The notes below the pieces were generated by a model. It ran no database searches. It had not been told where the DNA came from and worked only from the letters and a program-made list of their open reading frames with translations. Positions 27,939 to 39,294 of a DNA stretch of 64,000 nucleotides are shown piece by piece; within the stretch, counting starts at the first letter, position 1; each line of letters starts with the position of its first letter. The DNA comes from Carcharhinus amblyrhynchos (Eukaryota). A program made the translations under genes and the position numbers. The stretch spans positions 90,768,001-90,832,000 of the forward strand of contig OZ336875.1 in the NCBI GenBank assembly GCA_965287045.1, in the 5' to 3' direction.

Positions 27939-30900
27939 GGGGTGAATCTTCCTGTGCTGCCCACCATGGGAATTTTAGCAGGTGGGGGGTGGGGGAGACA
28001 GTGAAAAGGTCCGTTGACCTCAGGTGGGATTTTCCAGTTTTGGGGCAAGCAAAGAGAGAAGGTCCCGCCCTGCATGTCAGGACAAGATTGCTGAATGGTA
28101 AGTGCACAGGAACCAGTATAAAATGGCTGATGGAAAAGATGGTGAAGAGGACATGAACTAAGTACCAGAAGTACCAAGACCATTTCTTTCACAAGTGACA
28201 ATAGCAAATTGATGCCTCAAAATTCTGCATTGAGGGGAGCTGGCGATAGAGCAGATAGTGCTGCTCTCTGTTGATTCATTTAGCTATTTATGCCTTAAAG
28301 AGTGAAACATATGGTTGTGACGCCTTATTGTGCAGGTCTCAGACTGATGTGAACGTGTAACCCTGTGTAATTTGGAGTTATAGCCAATTGTGAGCTGCCA
28401 TGCAAATGGATTTAGTGAGACCCTGGGTGGCAGTACTATGTGGTTTTGTTTAAGGACATGCAAGAAGTGACAGCAGCCATGTGTTGCCAAGAATGTTTAA
28501 CTGTGGTTTAAGCCCTTCCAAGGATGAATCCCATCATTAGGAGATATGATTAGTACTGATATTTCCATAATCATTATGAGAACATTAAACTTTCTAGCTG
28601 AGATTGAAGGTGATGGGACATTCCATGCAACAAAGGCTAAAGAAGAGAACATTGAGAAAACATGACTGCACATTACTCCTCCTGGAACTTTGCAGCCATC
28701 AAGTTGTCGCAAGCACTTCTTCCACATTGTTCTCATGCAATGGCCTCTTCACGTGGCATGTCTGCATCCTTGCCCTCTTCCAATTCATCCCTTTCAATGT
28801 CCTCTTCATCTGAGCAGCTGTTTAGCTCCTCTGTTTCTCCTTCAAACAGCATGTGCACCTGCAGACACTGTGGTGAGTGTTGGAGAACCCTGCCTGAATT
28901 GTCCAATAATAATGAAATGCAATTTCAGGAGGCCAATCATTTGATCTATCGAGGACCTAGTGGTGGAATGTGAGGTATCTCTCTTCTGCAGCACTATGTG
29001 GATGGTGAACGGGTACCATCAACCAGGTCATCTGGGTGTGCCCTTGTCCTCAAGGAGCCAGCCCTATCAGTACCAAAGTCCAGGAAGGATCGGTGGCACT
29101 TGCGAAGTTGATGTCAAAATGAGCTTCCTGGGTAAACATGCAGAATCTGATTTCTAAAACTCACAAATTAGCTGAATGTTCAGAGGGTGAAATCTTTTTT
29201 GATTGATGAATCTCATCAGCTGCTGTTAAGGCGCTTGTGTGTGCAGTTGATCGTGCCCTGCACTTGAGGAAAACTAGAGATTGCAGCCTGGCTCACCTCC
29301 CTTGTGCATCTGTGTGTCACCAATTGGGAGATACCACAAAGGTCCTCAATGGAGCATTGGATGGGCCCACTGGCAAAATCATTCAGTTCAGAGGTCACCT
29401 TCAAGGTCACTGGCATAAGATGTTCTTCAAGCTCTTGTAGCATTAGTTCTTCACACAGAAGTGGGCAAGTGTGAACTATCACATTCCTAGACAAGCCTAA
29501 AAGTTCTTGAGTATTTTCTTCCACTCGTTTTCATATATAAACAATGTTTTCTATGTATTCATAGTCATGACATTAGCCTTAGTTGATTTTGTCCCTTGTT
29601 CCGGAGCATCTGGGACTTCTTGGGCCACTGTTTCCTTTTGCTGTTCAGGCTACTCCTTCTTCCGGTGCCAATTGGTGATGGATTTTTCTCTTCATTCAAA
29701 CTGCAGTTATCGACAAAGGAGGATTGCCTGCAGGCTGCATTCTCCATTCTTCTTTGTATCTGTCAATAAATAGACTTGAGAATTCCATTACAACTTTCCC
29801 TGACTAGCTTTCCCTCATCTTAAAACCAAGAGGCCAGTGCAAACTCCTTGGCCTTCCCACATCTAGACTTTACTAGGCCACCCACACTGGTTAAACACAT
29901 TATGGAGTTCCATAATGGCTGACCTTTCCCCTCAGTATGACCATGCATTCATAAACGGGAGTTTAATCAGGGGAATATAGTCATATGCGAGAACCCTCCA
30001 TCAGTCAATTGTCAGCTTGCCTCCATCTGTTTAGGCGCTCACAAGAGATTCATTAGTCTTGTACTAATGTCATGGCTTTAGGCATTGTGACTTGTAAACC
30101 ATGATCACAAATTCAGAATAGAGGTTTGGAGTGCACATGTAGCTTTTGTCCAGCAGCTGTGGCCCTTGATTGATATTTCCTCCATCCCTTTTTACATTCC
30201 TCTGACAGGAACAGAGGGCCAGCTCAAATGTAGTGCCAAAACTTTATAAGCATGCCCCATTAGCAATATTCCTTCAATGGGCATCTAACCCTCAAAACCA
30301 GTACTTAGCTGAGCCTTGCTATCCATTGTTTGAGTCAATAGGTAATAGTGCCCTTCACTCCGCCTAAAATAGTATTCCTGATTTTTATTAATGCTTGTTT
30401 TTATGACAGCATCATTTCTCAGTGAAGACAAAGATGGCGCTTCTAACATTCAGGAGTGCAACCAATACCTTGCAACCAATCCCTATCACTGACCAAGTTC
30501 CTCCCATTCTCTTCCAGAGTCATCACCTTCTAATTGCAATCTCGTTTATTCTCTTACCATCCAGCCTCACCATCACCCTTGACCTGACCACTGATCATGT
30601 GGATATTCCTGTTCTTTCTCCTGATTTCCTTCAATGTTGAAGACTCTGTGCCTTTTGTTGATTGCACCCTTCACTTTTTCAAAGCCAGCTACACCCTTAT
30701 TTTCAGAGAAACCCTCCCACCCCCACATGAGTCCATCCAATAGCCTTCTTTTCCTTCAGAATTACCAATTTACTGAATCTAGATGCTTCCCCTGAAACTA
30801 TCTGCCGTATGCTCCCCACTACCATGTCTTGAATCTCCAGGACCAAATGCCTTAGTTGACTGACCACACCTTACTCACAATTCTGTACAGCACAATCACT

Positions 30901-31531
30901 GCCTAGAGAGGCTGTCTCCCACCTAAGACTGGGACCAAGACACACATGTCATGTAGTGCCCTCCAACATGGCCTGGATGGTGTGGCTTCATTTTCTGGCC
31001 TTTGATCGTGTAGCCTCATTCCTCAGTCTTAAAACATGCCCTAAACAGTCTTTCACCCTTCCACTCTAGTCCTTCCCCAAAGCCTTTCGTTCCTCCCATC
31101 CTAGTGCTCCCTCTGTCTCACCCTTGCCCTGTGTTTGCCTCCCATGCCTAGCCTTGATGCAGCTTGTACAATAGGCACATCAGTAATTGAATAAAAGGAT
31201 GTCAAAAACATTGTCAATTGAGCTCCAAGTGAAGCTCGGCATATGTGCACCACTTATATACAGTCAAAAAGGACATTCTAATTAGCTGCTGGCTGAGAAC
31301 TTAATTTGGAGAGGGAACCTGATTTTGGCAATATGGCCTTCTAATGACAATTCACGAGATGCTAAAAAATATAAAGGGGGTTCTTGACATTGCTTCGTGG
31401 GGAACCAAACCACCTTTTATCTTCCTTGGAAGTTGGAAGATCAAAATTCAAAACTAATTTTTCACCAGTATGCTTATTAAGTTTCCCACTGCCACAATTC
31501 TCACTGCTGGCAGGAGCAGGAGATTCTGTTC
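27939..31531 (-). mobile_element. Degraded autonomous-type PIF/Harbinger transposon (about 3.6 kb)
   Basis: Degenerate TIRs of about 50 bp (ggggtgaatcttcctg...gggaattttagcagg versus the reverse complement of 31483-31531). Contains a transposase relic and a probable Myb-like relic near 30750-31000. Confidence 0.7.
28780..29530 (-). pseudogene. Harbinger (HARBI1-like DDE) transposase relic
   Basis: MPVTLKVTSELNDFASGPIQCSIEDLCGISQ...FPQVQGTINCTH, then FHPLNIQLIC, PGSSH-like, GWLLEDKG and IGLLKLHF in shifting frames. Confidence 0.88.
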
Positions 31532-33029
31532 ATTATATTATTATAGCATTTGGAGAATGAAAAGAAAATACACAAATGATGTTAAAATGGATAAAAAAAA
31601 CAAAAAGGTATCAGCATTAAAAAAACTCTAAAATGAAGATTTTTGATTTTTAATGAGTAAACCTGTGGAATTTTTTTCACTGTTACACACCAAGTTTCTT
31701 TTCTCCCATTCTTGAGAGCATAATTTTTTTTCACTGATTTATGATTCAACAAATGATTCCTCTGGTTCAGGTCAGCAATTGGTCAACAATTCTTTCTCTG
31801 GTCCTTTCTATGTACAGATATTTTTGAAGGCTGAGGCTCATTAGCAGTGGGAAATTTTTAAAAATACATTAGCATGCCATGTGTACTCATTAAAATTTAA
31901 CTTTGCTGGATTAAATTGTACCTTTGGAATTGATTTACAGTTGGATAAAGGTGGCATGCAGCAGATGAGGTAGCTTTCCTGATGAATTTAGGCTGACAAG
32001 GAGCAGCTTTTCATGTATGTGGAGCTTTGTTATTAAATTTGACTTCATTCTTGAAGTTACAAAGCTAATGTGCAGAGTGGACAGGGTAATCCCTTAATCC
32101 ATCTCCTTGCTTGTTCCAAAAACTAATTCAAATTGAATCCAATTCATGGTCCCCTCACAAGAGACTTCCAAGATTGAAGCTTGATTTGACATGATCTTAG
32201 CCAAAATGCTAAGATTGAATGTGGTGAAGGGAGGCATTGATGAATTGCGATCAGGTGGCAGCTGTAAATGGAATGGAAGCATGCCTGACTGAAGGAGGTA
32301 GGGAGGGAACAAAGGATGTGGCTGTGAAAGGTGAATGAGGCATGGCTGACTGAAGGAGGAAAGGAGGTTTGCTCTGTGCAGATTCAGGGAGATTCAGGGA
32401 GGGCAGAGGAACAAAACTGGACTATGTAGGAAAGATCTATGTCCAAGGAATGCATATTCCTTAACCACAGCCAGACTGATGCTCTTGGATAGTAATGAGT
32501 GGATATTCGTTCTGATACTATTTACATACTGTGCCCAGACCTGTGACCCTGTGAAGTAAAGGCAATACTGGTTACTCCTGACAATCCTGCCACACTTTTG
32601 GCTGGATTCTGCCCTCTGTGCATCTAATTGGTTGGCCGCCAGCCACTCTGCTGCCTCTGAGTGTAAATGCCACAGGCTTCTGGTCCTCCCTTTGTTACCA
32701 TCTCATAAAATTCAATTAAGCCCTCGAATCATGACTTCCATTCCAGAAACCTTGCTAAGATTTTCTAATAGCCTCTGTTTTTTCACGTATTTGTAATAGT
32801 CCAGTTAGTGGTTCTTTTTTATTTTGGAACTCCACTGAAATCTTTCTCAAAGAAATCCTCATCACCCTTTATATTCCATAATGTCCCTTTGTTTCCTGGT
32901 GCAGGCAAACAAAAGCTCATCACAACTATTGATCAGCTTTATCCCCATTGTCCTTTTGACCAATCTGGCCAGATTTTGCCTGATACCATCTCTATTCTCT
33001 GGACAGTTAGTTACTTTTATACTCGGTAT

Positions 33030-33098
33030 AATTTTTCTTGTTTAATTTGGCATAGGAGATGACCAATTTTTCTTGTTTAATTTGGTATAGGCGATGAC
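33030..33098 (+). repeat. Short tandem duplication (35-bp period, 2 copies); similar small duplications at 17911-17964 and 19564-19601
   Basis: aatttttcttgtttaatttgg(c/t)atagg(a/c)gatgac occurs twice. Confidence 0.9.
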
Positions 33099-33289
33099 TG
33101 ATTAAGTATTTTGGTTTTATTTTACTGTGTGTCCTTCTTTTGATGCTGAGGACATAGTTGACTCCTTCCCATAAAAAGTGATTTTACATATATTTGATTT
33201 TTCGTTAGTCTTGCTATTTCCTCTGTCAACTACGTCTGCCTCACAAGTCACTATGGGTTATGTAAGTTATACAAATGAGTCTTATTTCA

Positions 33290-33735
33290 ACTGTCAGCCA
33301 TGGTTCAATAGTGGCATCCTCAATCTCCGAGCCAGATGGTTGTATGTATAAGTCCTACTGCAGAGATTTGAGCACAAAATCTAGCTGACGCTCTAAGTGC
33401 AGGGAGGCCTGCACTTTCGGAGATGCCATGTTTTGGGAGAGGCATTAAGCCAAATGTGTGTCTACTCTGATTGATGTGTAAAATCCCACAACAATTTTTG
33501 AAGAAGAGCAGGTGAATTCTTCCCATGTTCTGGCCAAAATATATCCTTCACCAACATCATTGAACAAATTATCCAATCATTATCTCATTGCTGTTTATGA
33601 GAATATTTTGTGTACAAATTGGCTGCCACATTTCCTACATTACAACAGTGACTATCCTTCAAAAGCGTTTCAACAACTGTGAGTACATTGGGATGTCCTG
33701 AAATCATGAAAAGGCACTTCAGCAAATTGCAACTG
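33290..33735 (+). mobile_element. Deu-domain SINE (SacSINE1/LmeSINE1-like)
   Basis: tRNA-like head; Deu-like core gtaaaatccca...tttgaagaagagcagg...tgttctggccaa; then cattgctgtttatgaga...aaattggctgccacatttcctacattacaacagtgacta. Confidence 0.72.
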
Positions 33736-33862
33736 CAATTGAAAAGATCATTTGAATTAATCAGCTTGTAAAAGGAAATTATTTTGGCAAGTGGGCTTGT
33801 ACATTTTATGTGACTATGTCCTTGATAAAGTATACTTTATGTTTTTTTTCATTCTCTCATAG

Positions 33863-34002
33863 GCTTTTTAGTGCTATTTTAGAACAATCGACCAAAGCAG
33901 AGGGAATTAACCCAATTGGAAGTAAAGCTGCTGGATTTGATGTCAAAGCTCTAAGAGCATTCAGAGTCCTACGACCATTACGCCTAGTGTCTGGTGTTCC
34001 TA
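33863..34002 (+). CDS. CACNA1C: Cav1.2 internal coding exon (IS3-S4 linker and IS4 voltage sensor; human exon 5 equivalent)
   Basis: ttctctcatag|G...CCTA|gtaagt, 140 bp, phase 2 to 1, compatible with the previous exon. Translates [46 protein letters not shown] with S4 basic residues every third position. Confidence 0.96.
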
Positions 34003-34551
34003 GTAAGTACTTTGACAAGGTGCAATTGCAAACTATAGGACCCAAGTCTACAATGGAAGACTTTGAATTGCATCGCCTTTTTTTATTGTTTTATTAAACT
34101 AATTCTAAAACCAATGTCACTATATCAAAAAAATGATAGAATTACACTGAATAGCCTTTGGACAGGGAAGTGAGCAACCAACTCAACTGATGACATCAGT
34201 GAGGGCTGAGCTATTTTAACTCCAAGGCCCAGTTGCATTTACTTGGCAGGCTGCCAATCAACTGAATCAGGAATGGGCAGCCTACCAACTTTCTAGCTGG
34301 GACTACCACTGGTGATCCAGAAACCTATTTAAAGCATGAATACACTTTTAATGAAAGGTTTACATTCAATGTCTGGCAGATCTTTTCATAAAGGAATGAG
34401 TCACAAGCCTGTCCCAAGTTTTCAGAATGTCCTCTGGAGGTCTTGGTGGAACAGATGAGGTCATACAGGGACATTTGAATTCCCACAACTGAGAAGCAAA
34501 GTCATAATTCATATTTATATTTTATGCCTGGAGAGAGATGGCAGAGATAGT

Positions 34552-35915
34552 GGGCCCAATTTTACCATTGCATTGCGCCCATTTTCGGGCGCGAAAACGT
34601 TGTAAAGTTGGGTGTGAGGCCATTAACGCGATCCGCGCCCGCATCTGCGCAGATTGACACTTTACCGAAAACCGGGAATGGTGGTGATCTGCTTCATGCC
34701 CAAAATGGGCGCATTTAATTTGAATTAATGAACTATCTGCCCAACTCTATCAGCATTTCCCCCTTTACCAACGCGTTTGCCATTCCGGAAGTGCGCCATA
34801 AACGACCTGCTAAATAAATGTCTGAATCGGGTGCTCCAGCTGCTGAAGAACGCGTTCAGTGTTTCCAACGGTTCTCTGATTAAGAACAGTGGTGGGGGGG
34901 AGGAAGGAGGCGAGTTAGACCATTCTCAGATGGGTGGGGGAGGGGAGTGAGGCCAGATTGTTGTCTGGTTGGGGAGGAGGGAGGAGGAGGAGGCGGGTCA
35001 GTTGTATCTCTGGCAGGGTGAAGGAGGCGGGAGAGAGCAGATTGTTGTCTGGTGGGGAGGGAGGAAGAGGTGGGTCAGATGTTCCTCTGGAGGGGGGGTG
35101 CATAGTGAAGCCAGATCAATCTCTGGGGAGAGGGGGCAGTGAGGCTAAATCGTTGTCTGGGGGGTGAGGTGGGGAGTGAGGCCATACCATTCTCTGGGGG
35201 GGGGGGGGAGTGAGGCTAGATCGTTGTCTGGGAGGGGTTGAGGGAGAGTGAGGCCACATACAGTGATGTGTGTGGCTAGTGGGGCAGGTGGGATAAGGGG
35301 GACAGTGATGTGTGTGGGTAGTGGGGGGGTGGATAAGGGGGACAGTGATGTATGTGAGTAGTGGGGGATGAATAAGGAGGTCAGTGATGTGCGTGAGTAG
35401 TGGGGTTGGTAGATAAGGGGGACAGTGATGTGTGTGAGTAGTGGGGGGTGAGATAAGGGGGACAGTGATGTGTGTGAGTCGTGGGGGGTGAGATAAGGGG
35501 GACAGTGATGTGTGTGAGTAGTGGGGGGGTGGGATAAGGGGGACAGTGATGGGTGTGGGTAGTGTGGGGGTGGATAAGGGGGACAGTGATGTGTGTAGGT
35601 AATGGCGGAGGTGGGATAAGGGGGATAGTGATGTGTGTGTACACCGTTGTTCCAGCTTTTTGCTCCCAGGTCGCTTTCTCCGCTTCCTGCGGCCCAGAAG
35701 CGATCTGACATGAGCGTGCTTTTTCAAATTTTTTTCCAACTGTGCATGCGCAGTTCACAGCTCCGATTGTTTCGGCCGTGCCAAACCCCGCCCACAGCGC
35801 AAATGGTACTGGACATGGCTGAGTGCGTATGGGGGTGCCTGAAAGCAGATTTCTAAATCAGATCTGCATGTTACCCCGATTCAGCACTTAGAATGAAAAT
35901 GGTAAAATTGGGCCC
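34552..35915. mobile_element. Harbinger-like non-autonomous element (MITE), 1364 bp
   Basis: Perfect 18-bp TIRs GGGCCCAATTTTACCATT / AATGGTAAAATTGGGCCC; 3-bp TSD AGT on both sides; no coding capacity. Confidence 0.92.
35261..35640. repeat. G-rich minisatellite, about 40-bp unit, about 10 copies
   Basis: Unit close to gacagtgatgtgtgtgagtagtggggggtgagataagggg; agtgatg recurs at about 35262, 35304, 35344, 35383, 35424, 35464, 35504, 35545, 35585 and 35627. Confidence 0.95.
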
Positions 35916-36430
35916 AGTCAGTTCTATGAACGTCGCTCCTGAGACTGGATTCGGAGACTGGATTCAATGTCAAAAATCACTTCAGTGATCTTCTGAGAAC
36001 AGCATGGGTGAGCACAGTTCTTTACTTCTCCATCTCTCATCATGATATGTTGTAACAGCCCTCACATCCCCCAGTACTCTGAAGTTTCCTCCTTTGCATC
36101 ATATCCTTTGCAAGGGCACAGTATACCAACAGATTCCCAAGTTTCAAATTGCAGCATCCACAGTAATTTGCTTTTATCACTGTATACCATCTCTCGTTCT
36201 CATTCCAAACATCAATGGTAACATGCAATCTCTCAAACCTGTTCCACAACTCAGTAGATAATGGCTGATCTGTCTCTTAACTCCATCTGCCTCACCTCCA
36301 CATCCTTTTGTATGTATAGCAAGCAAAAATATGTTAATTTCTACCACTTTCTGTATACTTTTTGTGTGAAGATGTGTTTTCCTACTTTTCTCTTGAGTGG
36401 CCTGACTTTGATTTTGAGGGGCCTTGTCCT

Positions 36431-39225
36431 AGAACAAAGAGAATAAAGAACAAAATCAGCCCGGGAAACAGGCCCTTCGGCCCAACGAGCCCGTGCTGCC
36501 ATCTCAACACCACCAGTCCCCCTCTCCCCCTACGACCCCTGTCTAATGTTTTATGGCCATCCAGATTGAGGGAAACTGATCTAGGGACAATTTATTCCTG
36601 CCAATCAGCCTAACAGCACATCTTTGGGGTGTGGGAGGAAACCGGAGCACCCGGAGAAAACCCACGCAAGCACGGGGAGAATGCGCAAACTCCCACAGAC
36701 ACTGGCCCAAATCCATGTGTCTGCACAGCAATCAGCGATAGTCACTGAGCTGTCGTCTTGCCCAGTATCTTGTCCAGTTTAGGCGCACACTAACGACATG
36801 AAGCACTAGGCCAATCCTGAACAACCAAGAGCAGCCCCAGTACGACCCATCACGTGTATGCCCCTCGTTGGACACGAGGTGGACTGACTTAAAACCTGTG
36901 AATGAAAAGAGAAAAACATTATTATCATACCATACCCATTTACATTACCAGGGACGCCCCAATGCTAATGACCTTTATTTAGAACAATCTCCTGTATCCA
37001 CCCATCCCCAACCCAGTCATGTGCCTGTCTAAGTTACTCTTAAATGACTCTAGCGTGTTTGCCTCCACCACCTTACTTGGCAGAGCATTCCATACCCCCA
37101 CTACCCTCTGTGTGAAAAACCTCCCTCTAATATCTGTGTTGTACCTCTCCCCCCTCACCTTAAGTCCATGGCCCCTTGTCCTCCGTGTCTCTATCATAGG
37201 AAATAGCTTACCTCTGTTTACTCTATCTATACCCTTCATAATCTTATATACCTCTATTAGATCCCCCCTCAGTCGGCGTCTTTCAAGGGAAAAGAGCCCC
37301 AATTTCTTCAATCTTTCCTCATACCCCAGTCCTTCCATACCAGGCAACATCCTGATAAACCTCCTCTGCACTCTCTCCAGAGTCTCCACGTCCTTCCGGT
37401 AGTAAGGCGACCAGAACTGTACGCAGTACTCCAAATGTGGCCTAACCAACGTTCTGTACAACTGCAACATTAGACTCCAGCTCTTATATTCTATACCCCT
37501 TCCTATAAAGGCTAACATACCATAGGCTTTCTTCACCACACTCTCCACTTGCACTGCCACCTTCAAAGACTTGTGCACTTGCACCCCCAGGTCTCGCTGC
37601 GATTCTATATTCCTTATGGGCTTACCCTTTACCATATAACTCCCCCCTACATTATTCCAGCCAAAATGCATCACCTCACATTTATCCGGATTAAACTCCA
37701 TTTGCCATGTATCTGCCCAATCAACCAGCCTATCAATATCCTGCTGTATTGCCAGACACTGCTCCTCACTGCCCGCCAATCCAGCCATCTTGGTGTCATC
37801 AGCAAATTTGCTGATCACACCACCTACTCCCTCTTCCAAATCATTTATATACACTACAAAGAGGAGAGGTCCCAGTACTGAACCCTGCAGCACCCCACTA
37901 GTGACAGACCTCCAACTAGAAAAAGACCCCTCCACTACTACTCTCTGACTCCTCTTTGCAAGCCAGTTCTCTACCCATCTAGATACCTGACGACATATCC
38001 CATGAGCTTTAATCTTCTGTACCAACCTACCATGAGGGACTTTGTCAAACACCTTACTGAAATCCATATAGACGACATCAACGGCTCATCCTTCGTCAAC
38101 CGTTTTTGTCACCTCCTCAAAGAATTCTACCAGATTTGTAAGGCAAGATTTCCCCTTGACAAAGCCATGCTGCGTATCCTTAATCAGATCGCAACGCTGT
38201 AAGTGCACATACATCCTATCCCTAAGAATCCTCTCCATCAACTTACCTACCACTGACATTAAGCTCACCGGCCTATAGTTACCCGGGCTATCCCTCCTAC
38301 CCTTTTTAAACAACGGTACCACGTTCGCTATCCTCCAGTCCTCTGGGACCTCACCTGTGTCCAAAGAAGAGACAAAGATTCGCGTCAGAGGCCCAGCAAT
38401 CTCATCCCTCGCCTCTCTAAGCAGCCTAGGATAAATGCAATTGGGCCCCGGAGATTTATCGGTTTTAATGCCATCTAAAAGCCCTAACACTTCTTCCCTC
38501 GTAATCGATAGATCTTTCAATTGGTCTACCGCTCCCTCAATGACCGTACTAGACATCAAGCCCCTCTCCTTCGTGAATACCGACGCAAAGTATTCATTCA
38601 GGATCTCCCCCATTCCCTCTGCCTCTAAGCACAATTCCCCACGTCTGTCCCTGAGAGGACCGATTTTACCCCTAGCCACCCTTTTGTTCTTAAGATAGGA
38701 GTAAAACGCCTTTGGATTCTCCTTAACCCTACCTGCCAAAGCCATCTCATGCCCCCTTTTTGCTCTCCTAACTCCCCGCTTGAGATCCCTCCTACTCTCA
38801 CTGTATTCCTCCAACACTCTCTCCGTTCCCAGCTGCTTAGACCTGACATACGCCTCTCGTTTCTTCCTAACCAGGTCTTCTATATCTCTAGTAATCCACG
38901 GTTCCCTAATCCTACCTTTCCCATCCTTTCTCCTAACCGGAACATGCCTTTCCTGCACCCTTTGCAGTTTTCCCTTGAAAGACTCCCACATGCCTAATGT
39001 GGTCTTGCCTTCCAACAGCCTATCCCAGCCTGTATCCCTAAGCTCCTGCCTAATCCGGCTGTATCTAGCCTTCCCCCAATTTAGCACCCTCCCCTTAGGA
39101 CAGCTCTCGTCTTTTTCCATTCGTATCCTAAAGTAGACGGAGTTGTGGTCACTATTAGCCACATGCTCGCCTACTGCAACCTCAACCACCTGACCCGGCT
39201 CATTTCCCAGAACTAAATCCAGTAT
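36431..39225 (-). mobile_element. Young 5'-truncated CR1 LINE (end of endonuclease, RT, long 3' UTR), nested in an older CR1
   Basis: ILDLVLGNEPGQV...SDHN, KSPGP, NYRPVSL, QHGF, FADDTK. ORFs 38086-39297 and 36979-38067 are in one frame separated by a single TGA. Tail gggccgaagggcctgtttcc...ttctttgttct. Confidence 0.96.
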
Positions 39226-39294
39226 CCAGTCGTAGATCTCCTTTGTCAAGCCCTCAGCCGCGCTGCCTCCCCCTCCCTCCCCCACCGCAACCAC

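Noticed and set aside
28780-29530. Domesticated HARBI1 host gene
   Set aside because: Multiple frameshifts and deletions, and it sits between degenerate TIRs, so it is a dead transposon.
33810-34097. ORF-track starts and ends around the exons (33810-34097, 61362-61592) as standalone genes
   Set aside because: They are exon frames extended into intron sequence; splice signals and phases define the real boundaries.
35116-35758. His/Pro/Thr-rich repeat proteins in the ORF track, or a CRISPR-like array
   Set aside because: These are translations of a minisatellite that is stop-free in several frames; there are no unique spacers and the context is a eukaryotic MITE.
36896-36948. Small GT-AG intron in the CR1 3' UTR (minus strand, gtaatg...ttttcattcacag)
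   Set aside because: Only about 53 nt, below the usual vertebrate minimum, and antisense to the host gene.
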